A DNA stretch of 63,979 nt, the filler included, from Reticulomyxa filosa (lineage: Eukaryota > Protista > Foraminifera): the NCBI GenBank assembly GCA_000512085.1. It is 24 parts of 24 records of this genome, joined end to end, with 100 filler letters (N's around TTAATTAATTAA, not from the genome) between each part and the next. Parts side by side here need not be neighbours in the genome. Positions count along the whole stretch, not along the records: positions 25,507 to 30,864 come from ASPP01002437.1; positions 30,965 to 32,506 come from ASPP01034075.1; positions 32,607 to 36,667 come from ASPP01024112.1; positions 36,768 to 38,588 come from ASPP01021404.1; 20 more parts are not named here. The stretch is one strand, 5' to 3'. The notes under the pieces were generated by a model that did no database searches, was not told the DNA's origin, and was given only the letters and a program-made list of their open reading frames with translations. Positions 25,507-38,549 of this stretch are shown piece after piece. How positions within the stretch are numbered: position 1 is the stretch's first letter; every line of letters starts with the position of its first letter. The position numbers were made by a program, and so were the translations under genes.

Positions 25507-28469
25507 ATATAATTTTTTGTGCTGCATAATATTCTTGACATGATTTATGTGCAAATTGATATTTATTATGACCAATTCTTCTCAATACATATTTTGCAAT
25601 ACTGTCACCATTGAAATATTGATCCCAAATATCTTGTGTAGTATTAGATTCATTCTCTTTTATTTCTAATTTTTTATCTTCACTTTTGGTCTCTGTCTCT
25701 ATTATTATTGGATCTAATTTACTCCATATCTTATCTTTTTCATATTCTTTATAATCATTTTCTGTCACAACTTGATTTCCTTGTATAAACATTTCAAATC
25801 CTAAATCTTGACAATATAGATAAAATGCTGCTTTGATTTTTTTGGGATTTATTTGAATTCTTAATTGTGATAATATATGTACAATATTTGTTACATGAGT
25901 ATCAATCCATTGTTCATTGAATGCTTCATAAATTTGTGATTTTGATATTTTAGTTCCAATTGGGTGTTGTGTCATTAATGATGGCAATACAGTCAATATC
26001 ATTCGAAGTAAAAAAGGTTCTTCCATCATTTTATTTAAATTTGGATAATTTTCCAATGTTGTTTTATATTTTTGTACTGTCCAATTCAATTTTCTCTTTT
26101 TTTTTTATTCATGTCCACAAATATATCAATATGTCCATTCATTTTCACAAATTTGTCAATATATCCATTCATTTGTTTTTTTGAAAACGGCCACAAATAT
26201 ATCATTGATGTTGTTATTGAGTCCTTTGAACCAATTAAAACCTGTTCAATATCTTCATCATTTAATACATGACTTCGACAACTGACTATAATTTTTGCAT
26301 TCCATTCATTTAAACTAAATCGATTATAAAAATATCTTTCATTATTATTATGTTTATTGTATTTGTCAAATATTTCATCAAATCCATCCAAAATAAATAC
26401 AAATGAAATATTTTCACGAATAATATCAATTATCTCTTTACTAATTTGTTTTTGTAATGCTTGATAGATAATTTGTTTTTCATTTAATTCATTATAATAG
26501 TTTGGTAATGAAATATAAATAGGAATTGATATTGAAGTATCATTTGCATATAATCTCCATAATGTTTCTTCTAAATGACGACAAAATAAAGTTTTTCCTG
26601 ATCCTGATTTTCCTTTTAATATAATCACTTGTTGCTTTTGTTGATCATTTTTACTTTCTTCTTTTTGTTCAACTAATAAATTGATTATATGTTGATCACA
26701 ATCATATGAATCATTTTTTTCATTATCATCACCATCAGTATATGAATAATTATTTGCTTGTAATGGTACATATGTTTCAAGTGATTGCAATATAGTCATA
26801 TATTCCAATGTTTTTTTTCTTGATTCTTTTAATCTTGATATAACATCAGCACAACTTGCTGGATTCATAATGTATCTCTTAAAAAATTCAAATAAAGTCA
26901 CGTAAATAGCCTTGCCTTTCATTTCCTTAGGGTCAAATTTACAAAGTTGATCATAAACAAATTTAATTAATTTTAATAAAATATCGTTTTGAGAATTAAT
27001 TTGTTCTTCATTTATTCCTTTTAATTGTAGAGGTTTTAATATTCGAATTTCTGAATGTGATTTATATCGCTTTACAATTTTTTTAATTTCTTTTTCGTCA
27101 ATCCATTCACAAATTATATCATTAATTTTGGCCAATGTTTTATCACTTGCATATTTTAATTTTTCTTCCATTTGATTATTAGGTTTCCATGCTCGAATTT
27201 GTTCATAAAATAAATGACTTAATGTAGGATTTTCAATTATGGCATATCCTTCCAATGTTGTAAACTTCTTCAATGTTGCTTGCATTTCAATATATACATC
27301 ATGTTTTGGAACATATAATTTAATATTATGAAAACGATGATGTGTCTTTGATTGTTTATCAAAGAAATCTTTATCTTCAGACACAACCAAATTAAATTGT
27401 TCTGCTCTTTTCATAACTGTAACTGAAGTTTGCAATTTAATTGGATTATCACACAGAATAGTAAATCTGCCAATATCAAATACTTGATTAAAATCACCAT
27501 CATAATCTGCTTGAATCTTTTCTAATAATCTTTCATTTCCTTTTAAACTGGATGGTTTTACTACTATAATCTCATATTTCTCCAATTCTGTCACTAAATT
27601 CTTTATTTCAATACTATTCATTGCATTTTCACTTCTTTCTCTCAAATCTTTGATACTTTTTGCATGTTGTTTAATTTTATTTGCTTTTAATTCATAAGAT
27701 AACCCAGATTTAATTGAATATAAACATTGATAATTATTACTTGTTAAAGTTATTGAATCACCACTTGCACAAATGGAATGTTCGGAATTATATAACATTG
27801 CTTTCATAATGGATCTAACTGTTTCTTTTTTACAATCAGGACAATTAAAAGAAGTTTTATCTGAAATAAATGTAATATTATTAAATTCAATATTAATCCA
27901 TACTGGTAATTTTGCTTTTGATGCTAAACATATTTCATTAATGCAATATCCTTGCAAATTAATTCCTGGTTTTATTTCTCCAATTTCTGATTTTTCCATT
28001 TCTCTGTGTATACTTTTATTATTAATATCATCGAATATATTCACTACATTTTCTTGTTCTTGTTTTTGTTCTTGTTTCTATTCATCCATCACAAAAACAG
28101 AAGCGTAAAGAACAACAAAAAAAAAATATTATAAATAAATAAAATATTTTTATTGTTACTTGTTCAATTTTCTCCAATTCATTAATTTTTCTTTTATTCT
28201 ATTTAATATATATAAAAAAAAAAATCAATCGTGATAAAATAAGATGTTTTTTTATTATTGTTATAATATACCTCATTTTCAACAGACAATTGAACAAGTT
28301 CTTTTATCACCAATTCAATACTTCCATTGCTATTTATTATTTTCTCTTTCAGCTCTTCTTTATTAATTGAGTCACCGAATAATCGAACTAATATTTTTAT
28401 TTCCTTTTCATATTTGTCTTCTTCGTTTATTGCATTGGTATTGTTATTGTTACTGTTATTGTCTTGCAT
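25507..28469 (-). CDS. NACHT NTPase (NLR-like) with N-terminal CUE-like, Cys-rich and RelA/SpoT-like nucleotidyltransferase domains (3' partial)
   Basis: Exons 28272-28469, 28160-28198 and 28077 to the contig end. Walker A GKSGSGKT (26590-26613), Walker B FVFILDGFDE, sensor IIVSCR, PFLLRM, and winged-helix YQFAHKSCQEYYAA. Homopolymer frameshift near 26095. Confidence 0.9.
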
Positions 28470-30030
28470 TCCTCCTTTACACTTTACTTTATCTATTAAA
28501 ATAAAATTACACATTTCTTCATTGTTCATATAAATAAATAGATATATCATCAACTCTGATTTTGGAAACTTGTGTGCGGAAATACTTTAGGAAATATGCA
28601 ATTGTTATTTATTTTTGACCAAAGAACAAATTATTTTCTTTTTTTCCCTGTTTTCCAAAACACAAATAAAATCAGCCTCAAACCGTTTTATCTCGCTTTT
28701 TTTGTCGTAATTATTTAAAATTTTTTAATAAAAAAAATATAAGAAAGGACGCACTTTCGCAAGAAAAAAACTCTAGTTTTTTAGAATTATAGAGAAATTT
28801 TGTCCGACCCTAAATTCGTTTATTACCTATTTTATTAAAACTTCCTTTTATGTTTGGTTGTCTAAAAAAAAAAATTGTTCAAGAATAACTTACAAAGTAC
28901 AAAATTTTAAAGAAAGCTTTGTCACCACTTTTTTAGAAGTTCAAAAACGCAGTACCCACTGCCCATCATAAGGATTTAGTGCTTGTTTTGTAAAAACACA
29001 GAAATTGTATTTTTAAGCGTCCATATTAAAATTTCCTATCTTTAGGTCTCACGAATTGAATTAAATTAAATTGTTTTATAATCTTCTAGTAATACATATG
29101 ACGTAATTTTTCTTTGGGCTTTACAAACAAAAAAAATAAATAAAGCTGTATGTGAAAAAACACCATAATTCTTTCCTTTGGCCTTTTTTTTTTGTATTTG
29201 ATTTGCATAATTCTTTGCAACGAGTAAGAAAGATGCAAAAGTCATTATTTATGTTATATTTAACATTTACGAACATGTTAGCATCTCCAATAATTGATCA
29301 TTTATATTGTAGTGATACTTGGGTCATAACTGACTCCAGGGTTGTAATAACTCAACTCATAAAATAAGACACTCTTTGTTTTCTTTTTTATTTCAAATTC
29401 TCTTGAACGTTTTCGTTAGCTGAGCTCTCTTTCTTGCATCTCTCTACAATATCGTTACATTTTTAGATAATTTTTCCTCTTTCTATTTAGTGGCTTGATT
29501 GCATATACTGACATCATAAACTAAGAATTTGAATTCATTATAGATATAGTGCTAAAGCATGTTCGTAATATTCCAATATAATAAATTGTTCCAATGAAAG
29601 TCTTAGCAGTTCTGCTAATATTTCATAGTATATGTCAATGCAGTTATAGTGATATTTTCACTCTGGTTTGACTATTACTATACTGCAAACTGTTCTGAAA
29701 CTTTTCTTTACCTTTATAAAAAAAGTAAATGAAAAGTGTGCAGTTAAAAGATTAACATTTTTTCCTTGTTTTCATTGTTTATGTTCTGTAACTTTTCAAG
29801 TTACAGACTATATCCTCTCTTTAACTTCATTTAGGAAAAGTCAACTTCGGCTATCTTTTAAATGTCAGATTATAACTGCAGCATTTTCATGGCAAACAAA
29901 AGAAGCAAAGGCTATAATGGGAGTATCAAGCAAACCGTTCAATTGAAATAATTTTTTTTGCCTCGGGGTTGGACGAAAAGGAGAAAAGTTGATATTTTGA
30001 GCATTTTTTTTTCATCAATACAAAACAAGA

Positions 30031-30864
30031 ATGTTTCGGTTGGCACGCAATGTACATAACTCAAGCGATCATCTGCTCAGAACATGTCGAGCAACGACCT
30101 CAAGGCTTCAAAGTTGCGTTACATGTTTAAAAAAATTTACGTTTTAGTTTCGTGAGAGAGGGGGGGGGGGGAAGTAGGAGAAAAAAAAAAAGCAATTGCA
30201 TTTGTAAATGTATACGTACATCTGCAGACCGTTGGTTACAATTTCCCGAGTATCATCCAAAAGATTTGCGTTATTACTTTTTAACAGAAGAAGAGTTCTA
30301 TGCAATAAAAAAAACGGACAATTTGTCAGATGCGCCTTTTTCATTTGACAAATTGACCGGATTTTCGGGGGCACCATTGGCTGCTAAGGAATATTGGACA
30401 GACAAAGACGAAGTTGTGGACTACCTGTTGCAAAAAATCCAAGACCAAGAAGACCCCGGCCCGGCCTTTGACCCTTACGCACGCTTCAATAAAAAACCCG
30501 ACCCCGACACAGAATCCGACGCGGTAATTGTGGCCATCAATGGTGTGGTGGTCGACTTGAAGCTGCGACCAGATGTGCACTGCGCCATTTGGGACGCGTT
30601 TGAAGTGCGAGGAACGCAAGATCGAATCGTGATGGAAGTGGCTTGCTGGGAAGGAGAAAGCTTGGTCCGATGCATTACCATGGAGGACCCGTACGACCTG
30701 TTCCCGGGAATGGAGCTGACGTGGCTCAAAGGCCCCATCCAAGTGCCTGTGGGCAAAGCCGTGTTGGGTAGGGTCATGAACGTATTGGGTGACCCCGATG
30801 ACCAAAGAGGAGAAATCGATGGCCCACGTTGGGGTATTCATAGACCTGCGCCTGGCTTGTGGGA
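30031..30864 (+). CDS. ATP2: Mitochondrial F1 ATP synthase beta subunit, divergent, 3' partial
   Basis: Arg-rich presequence MFRLARN.. (exon 30031-30112, intron to 30227). IVAINGVVVD..IVMEVA..VRCITM..GPIQVPVGKAVLGRVMNVLGDP..IHRPAP matches the beta N-terminal barrel. Confidence 0.85.
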
Positions 30865-32652
30865 NNNNNNNNNNNNNNNNNNNNNNNNNNNNNNNNNNNN
30901 NNNNNNNNTTAATTAATTAANNNNNNNNNNNNNNNNNNNNNNNNNNNNNNNNNNNNNNNNNNNNAATTCATTTGCAATTTTATCAAATCTATCCATCCTT
31001 TGTATTTACAACAAGTTCTACATATACCTCTTTTGCTTCTTGTCTACCACCATAGAGCAACGAATAGTCCAGAATATATGACATTGTTAAATTTACATAC
31101 TTTTTTCTTGAATGAATTGAAAAAGGTTTGAAACTGCGTAAGATGCCACCATTAATGTTTTGTACAAACCAATGTTACTTTATCGATGTGTGTTTGACTC
31201 CAGTTCAAATACAAGTCAGAGAGGATTTACATCAAATTAGAAAAAGTTTATTGAGTATGAAAAAAGTTCATTTGAGATTAAGTTACAAGGATTTAACTGA
31301 AACAAATTATATGTGTATTTACTATGGTCAAGAATTACAATTTAGACAATAAAATTGTCAAATAGAATCAATTAAGGCTAATATCAATCAAAATATTACA
31401 ACTGAGAAAGAATATCAATATAATTATATTTCCAATTGTCCAATCTTTGTATCATATACAATGCCTTATATAAAACGAGTGGAATGTTTAATGAATGGAT
31501 ATATTCGAACATAAGCCTAGAAGGTGATTCCATGATCAACCTCCTTTTTAATACAGTTTATAATTTATACATGTATATACGTGGAGTCTGGAAAGACTTA
31601 GAAAAGGACTCGCGTATGCATATACTTACTTTGGATAAAGTAATTACCCCAAAAGAGACTAATGAAATAAAAACAAAGTTGAAAAGAGATAAATAGCAAC
31701 AAATTTTGAAATGTGCAAATGAACATATAGATTTATTTATTGCAATGCTGGACAAAGCACACAAATCGATATAAGAATTGATGATGATAAGTGTATTTAA
31801 CCGAATAATAGTTTTTCTAATACTTCTAAATTTAATAAATTTAAATCTGAAAATGTAAAAATCAGTAGCTTCTTCAATTTTATTAATGATGTAAAAGAGT
31901 TAATACCACAGTTAAAAATACTCAAAATTAAAAATTATCTATTGAACAATGTACACATATAATTGGAAACAATAAGATTTTTCTTAATCTTCTTTCTCTT
32001 ATTTCCAACAGCAAAAACAAGATATTTCTTATGAAAGTTATGTTTTTTTTAAAAAAAGTGTATTGAGATTTATTTTTTTTTGCAAAAGCCTTTTTTGGAA
32101 TCAGTGTAATTATTCATTTTGTTTATGAATACTGATTTTGATTTTTTTTTGTTAAATCTCATATGCAATATACTATTTTCTTTCTGCACTTAAGCAAAAT
32201 AATTTTTAATATCTGTTTTTGGAAAATAATACAAAAAAATATTATTTCAATGTTCTAAGACTTCTATATAGTATTAAAAACATTCTGCGCTTTTCAAAAT
32301 AGTCTTAATCATGCCATTGTGTAATACAATTTTTATTATGCTTTTCAATTTTTTAAAAAGATTGAACGCAGCTTTTTTAATTTTTTTTAAACAACAAAGT
32401 AAAGTAGAGCACATCTTGCATTCAACCAAAACAAGTTTAATACCAACTTACTTTTCTTTTACTCAAACTTTTCAAACAAAAACACTCATATTTCTTATTC
32501 AACAAANNNNNNNNNNNNNNNNNNNNNNNNNNNNNNNNNNNNNNNNNNNNTTAATTAATTAANNNNNNNNNNNNNNNNNNNNNNNNNNNNNNNNNNNNNN
32601 NNNNNNTAACAATAACAATAACAATAACAATAACAATAACAATAGTAATAGT

Positions 32653-34352
32653 ATGAATGCCAATGTGAATGGAGGGAACACTCTTGGAAATGCTTGCATC
32701 ATCGGGGCCCATCCAAGCGCAATGGATGATCGAGACAACAAGGACACGCATGGCAGAGATATGATGTTATTGCCAAGCAAGTATCAATCCCCGTTCACAC
32801 CTCCTCCAATTTTTATCCAAAGAGATCACCACTACCACCATCACAATGACGGGACCACCTTCAAAGGTATTGCCGCTTTAGCCAGTGCCAACGGTACCAC
32901 TTCTACTACTACTACTACTACTACTACTGCTGCCGCTGCTGCTGCTGCTACTAATGCCACCAATGATCAACTGGCATTTATTCAAACTTTATTACGCTAT
33001 TGTCAGAATAGCGATGTCTCCTCTTCTGCTTCATTAGCTTCATTATCGTCTTCTTCTTCATTGTCCTCGTCCTCCTCCTCCTCCTCCTCCTCCTCCTCTT
33101 CCTCAGCGTCTTCAGCCAATTCATTGTCGTCATCTTCCACCACTGCAACGAGAAACGACGTGGATATGCTTCCCCATAGCATGGGCAGTGACACCTTCAA
33201 TGGCTACATTTTGCACGGCGGTCAGACGCTGGACGCGACCAACGGACCGAGCGCGTCCAAGCTCTCCTTGGTCCCCTCCACTTCTGCTGGACGCTTCAGC
33301 GACTTCCATTCGGCCAATGGCAACGTCACCGAACTCAACTTTGTCAATGCCTCCAACGTCTCCTCCATCTTGGCCACCAATGCCTTCCACGCCTTTGATG
33401 GCCAATGGAACCAGTCCACACTCGATTTCGACTTGTGTCCCAACATTGTCCGCACCGTTATCAATGAGAGATTAGCTTGTCGAGTTATTCATAGATTGTT
33501 CCAACAATTTGAAGGTTCACACTTTTTTTTTTTTTTTTTTTTTGAAAAACACGAAAACACAAACAAACAAAAAATTGTGTGACATTACAAAAGGGGGGCA
33601 AATGACCCTTTTTTTTTTTTTTTTTTTTTTTTGGAGGAAACAAACAAACAAAAAAAAAAAGGCATGAAACAATGGTCTGCAAAAGTATTGGGGTTTTCGC
33701 CCGACGTTTTAACGAGCAATGAAGAAACAGCAGCCAGATTTTTGCTATGGTTCATGAAGAAATATCCTAACCGATTGCGACATATTGAAGAACTGTCGTT
33801 TCATATAATCGACGAGTTCCATAACAATGGACTGGAAACTCTTCGCCATTTTAATATTCCATTGTCTGTGTCAGTTCCAATCATCCCCTCATCCTCAGCT
33901 TCTTCGTCCGCATCGTCTTCATCCTCTTCGGCTTCCTCCGCCTCTGCGGCGCAAGACTTGAACTTCAATCTGTTTCAAACATTTCAGCCCAATGTTGCGA
34001 GCACTTCCTCCGTGACAGCCGGTATGGCGACAGACGCGGGCATTGGCATGGAGAACCTCTTGAACGGAGTGACGACGATGAACGGAGTCAGTCCCTTTCA
34101 GGACGTGTTTGGCACAACGCAGGGAAGCAATCACCTGATATCGCTGAAGACGGACCACTTGGACAATGGCGATGTCATCAATCTTTTCAACAATAGTCTA
34201 TTTGGCAATGGATATGTGTCCATCAGCAACGCGACTGCCAATCCAATTGGACAAAGATGGAATGAAGAAAAGGCCAGTTTCCAATTCCCGACAGAGGCAT
34301 TGTCTATCAAATGCGAGCCATCACTCAATCATTATAATCATTATAACAATGA

Positions 34353-34394
<42 letters not shown>

Positions 34395-34717
34395 TAATAA
34401 TAATAATACTTATAAAAATGAAAATATGCTTTCAATGCCAATATTAACGGAACAAGGTGGACCGTTAAATCTTCCTACCTCCGTTGGAGAACTGCTACAT
34501 ATGGCATCGACTTATCAGAAAAAAACACAACTTATGGATTGCGATGAAAAACAGGAGAAACAAAAAAACAAACCAAAAAAGAAAAAAATGAGCCGAGGAG
34601 TGGTTGGCGAAACCAATCGATCATTTATCAAAAAGATCAAAAACGGACCCAATTCATGGACCAAAGATGATCCGTGTTTGACAGAGCAACCATCACAAAG
34701 CATCTCTTGCAATAATG

Positions 34718-34749
<32 letters not shown>

Positions 34750-35512
34750 AACAAAACAATAAAAAAAAGAAAACGCAACACTCTTGTGGATGTCTTTTCC
34801 GCCTCTTCGTCAGCATCGATTCATCATATTTCGATGACACGCTCCAAACGATTAAGGTTGCGAAGGGGTACAAGCAATCAGCAGTACGCCACCGAAAACC
34901 AAGCAGAAATCTCTTACTTTGGCTGTCCAAACTGCGACAAAAAATACACAAGCAAAGGGGCCTTGCGAGAACACGTTCAAACTGTTCACGAAGGACATAC
35001 TCCACATGTGTGTGAATTTTGCAGAAAGAAATTTGGTCGCAAAAATTATCTTACCATTCATTGTTAGCATTTTCTTTGCTTTATTGTCAACATGCACATA
35101 TTAAGTCATATTTACATACAAATATATAAATATAAATATAAATATAAATATTTATATGTATTTTTTTTTTTCAAGAATTGAATGCCACATGACTCATACA
35201 CAATAGTGCGAATACACACCGGAGAAAGACCCTACCCCTGTCAACATTGTGATAAGTCATTCACGCAAAAAGGAGCACTGAAAAGACACTCACGTTTGCA
35301 TACTGGAGAGAAGCCCTTCAAATGCAATTTCATTGGATGTGGACGTGCATTTAGTGATTCTGGAAATATGCGCAAACATATGAAAGTTCACCAAAGGTAT
35401 CATACAAAACCTTGCTTTTCAAAAAATAAAAATAAAAAATAGAAAATAAATAATCCAAACGAACAATGAAAAACAATCACAAAACAGTGCTGACGAGGTA
35501 GACGCATCCTGA
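32653..35512 (+). CDS. C2H2 zinc-finger transcription factor with low-complexity tracts
   Basis: Four CxxC..HxxxH fingers with HTGE(K/R)P linkers. Introns at 33515-33661, 35063-35206 and 35397-35487. Poly-S/T/A/N tracts. The true 5' end may lie beyond the contig edge. Confidence 0.9.
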
Positions 35513-36361
35513 ATTGAAACGGTTCTGAACTTTTCTGTCACTCAAATACAAATGTTTATGTGTCAAATATTGTGTCTATTTTCTGTTTGTTTGCTTGTTT
35601 TTTTTTATTATTATTGATTGTTTGTGTGGATCACAAGTTTCTAGATATGTTTGATTTGATGTTGTGTTTTTTTTTTTTCTTTTTTTCTACCTCCCCCTTA
35701 TCTAAAATTATGGAATGGTAAATGATGCCCCTGAAGATGGGAATCGTTGTTACTGCTGCTCATTCAGAGTTTGTATTTGATTCTTTTGTTTGTTTTGTTT
35801 TGTTTTTTGTTATTGTTTGTGCTCCAAAAAACAAGCCAAACAATCAATTTTTTTTACAAAGTGGAATCAGATTTGGTTTCTATTTGCTTTGATTCATGTA
35901 TTTTTGGTCTTTTTGTTTTTTTTGTCCTTTTTTTCTGTTTTTTTTTTGTGACTTTTGTCACTTGGTTGTCAAAATAAACATTTCCGCAATGTCCATTTTT
36001 GGCGTCTTTAATCAAAGTGAATAATAATTGTTGTATTAATTTCTCTCCTCGTTTCCAAAAGTGTCTTTGTATAATTTGATTGAGGTTAGCACAAGAGCCT
36101 ATAATTCCTGGCATTTATGTCCGTGTTAAGTCAATAATTAAGGGTAATTTAAAATAATAGAATAACTATATTCAAAAGTATCTGCAAGAACACATTTATC
36201 GAATTGCAATGAAAATATGGTGGTTGGGGCCTTTAAGGAAAAGAATAAGCAGAAAAAATATTATCTTTTTTTTTAAAGATCCAAAACCACCAGTTACTTT
36301 CTGTTTTAAAAATAAAGACAATAAGAACGGGCAATAGTAGGCTACAAAACAGGACTGAGAA

Positions 36362-36591
36362 ATGTCAGAGGACCCGAGACCACCACGGCCAAATGGTGAC
36401 GAAGACACCGACGAAGACGAGGAAGAAGTGACAATTGAATTAACGTGGGAAGAGCAGGTATATGACAAATTTGGCCGTCCGACGGTGCGAAACTCCCACG
36501 CAGTGGCAAGTGATGCAGATAATCAAGCAGTATATCTGTTTGGTGGTCGATCAACAGGAGGTGCAAATAATCATTTAATTGGTTTTGAGCA
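36362..36591 (+). CDS. Kelch-repeat protein, first exon
   Basis: W..RPTVRNSHAVA..VYLFGGR is a canonical Kelch blade. Confidence 0.7.
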
Positions 36592-36857
36592 GTTCATTAT
36601 TTTTGCCAAAAAAAAAAAAGAAAAAAATTGATTAAAGGTACATTTTTGCACGATGTGCAAAAAAAAANNNNNNNNNNNNNNNNNNNNNNNNNNNNNNNNN
36701 NNNNNNNNNNNTTAATTAATTAANNNNNNNNNNNNNNNNNNNNNNNNNNNNNNNNNNNNNNNNNNNNTATATTGATATATTCATATATTTATATATGTAT
36801 ACATGTATATATGTATATATTTATTTTCACGTCATATATGCATATGCATGAAAATAG

Positions 36858-37214
36858 AAACAAATATCTCTGTTTCGTGGAGAGCTATTGGCATGGCTTG
36901 CAATTGGAGTAAAATTAACAATGGCATCGTTCGTCGCCACACCAGGTACGCCGAAATTGTTTAATAGTGGCGAAATTGTTGGAACTTGTATTTCCACAGT
37001 AATTTCTTGGTTTTGGGGGCTTTTCTTAATCCTCTTTTTCATATTTGCTCGCTTTTATTACACATGGACCTATTCCCAAGTTGATAATCATCGATCTGGT
37101 ATTATGCCTGAGAAAAGTCACTTCTTTTATTTGAGATTTGTTTGTTTCATGGCCATTGGATTTGTTGTGTCCGTCGCTGAAGTCTCCACAGTTTGGCAAT
37201 ACAAGTACAAGTAG
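36858..37214 (+). CDS. Multi-pass membrane protein, last exon
   Basis: Three hydrophobic segments after an AG acceptor. Family not recognised. Confidence 0.5.
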   Translation, partial: KQISLFRGELLAWLAIGVKLTMASFVATPGTPKLFNSGEIVGTCISTVISWFWGLFLILFFIFARFYYTWTYSQVDNHRSGIMPEKSHFFYLRFVCFMAIGFVVSVAEVSTVWQYKYK

Positions 37215-38039
37215 GTGTCGTTTGTTGTCGTTGTTTACTGCTATATCGTGTGCGCACCAAACTTATTGGTTTGTTTGGTTTTTTCAGAATTTGCCATTTA
37301 TCTATTTTTCTTTTGTTTGTTTTGTTCTGTTTTTTACTTTTTTTATTTTTTCTGTTAGAAACATACATTGTCATATCTTATCGTCTCAGCTTTGTTTTTC
37401 ACAACTATTGTGAATATTCGCCATGAGCATTTATGACAATAATGTTTTCCCCACTCCCTCCTGTTTTCTTCTCATTTTTTTTTTTTTTTGGTTTTCTGCC
37501 CACGCTTTCTTGAGAGGAAACGTAATTTTAATGGTTTTGTTGTAAAAAAAATAAAATAAAATTCAAAAAAAATAACAAGGATTTTTTGAAATCCTAGCAA
37601 ATATGCTAAAAAGCTCTTGTTTTTTTTTGACACTACGCTTGTTTGTATTAATGTGAAAATTGTTTCATTTTGCTTTGAATCTGTTACAAATAAAATGATG
37701 ACAGTAAAAGACACCACAATTGATTAAATTTTTGGGGTTGATTACAATTGTAGCAAAATTAATTTTGTCAATTAAATTAAATAATATAATCAAAAAATTG
37801 TGCACTCCAAAATTTGTTTACTCCATTTTAAATGTACTTTCCAGAACATCATAATTAAGATTGACACAACATATTACGAATTCTTTGTTTGGATCACACA
37901 AAAATAACAAAAGAAACAATCTTTAAAGCCGACAGTTTTCCTGGAGTGACACGAAGAGAACAAAAACGTCTAGAGGGAAAAAAGTTGATGAATTAAGCAA
38001 AATTTTTCAGTGTCATAATAGTAACTATTATTGAAAACA

Positions 38040-38549
38040 ATGAAACAAAATGTGGTTGGTGACTCTTTGTTGTTAAATGGAGAAAAACATGAAAAAAAGT
38101 TACGTGAAGAGAATGTAGAACGAGGAGAGCAGAAGCTCCATTCTGCTGGAGGGACGAAAATAGAATCGCCAGTAAAAACATCGTTGCCCAGTACTAAGTT
38201 ATATTTAAAGTACATCCCTCCAAATTTGCGTGAAAGAGTGTCCCAAGTGGTCGAAGCAGAAGTGTTGCGACGAGTAAATGAGCAAACGGACAAACAGTTT
38301 TGCGGAAGCTGTTTTTTTTTTTGTTTTGTTTTAAACGCTAACAAACATATAATAACAAGTTGAAATGGCCAAACATTGACAAAAGCATGAGAACAGTACG
38401 AAGTTACGTTCAAGAGATAGATGAACAATTGCGAGAAGCGCAAAAAACAATTCAGGAACTCCAAAAGAGCCATGACGAAGACTTTGCCACCATTTCGCAT
38501 CAAAAGTCATCGCTTCAAGTGATCCGTGCAAAGTGCAACCAATACAAAG
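38040..38549 (+). CDS. Coiled-coil protein, 5' part
   Basis: Two coding blocks (LRERVSQVVEAEVLRRV; VQEIDEQLREAQKTIQELQK) separated by a short T-rich/A-rich intron-like segment. Confidence 0.5.

Noticed and set aside
26086-26106. Apparent programmed frameshifts in NACHT, PIP5K, PKG, sAC and others
   Set aside because: They mostly fall in homopolymers or microsatellites throughout the window, consistent with sequencing indels.
30965-31800. Coding-like fragments with many stops
   Set aside because: Probably a decayed gene; no identifiable family.
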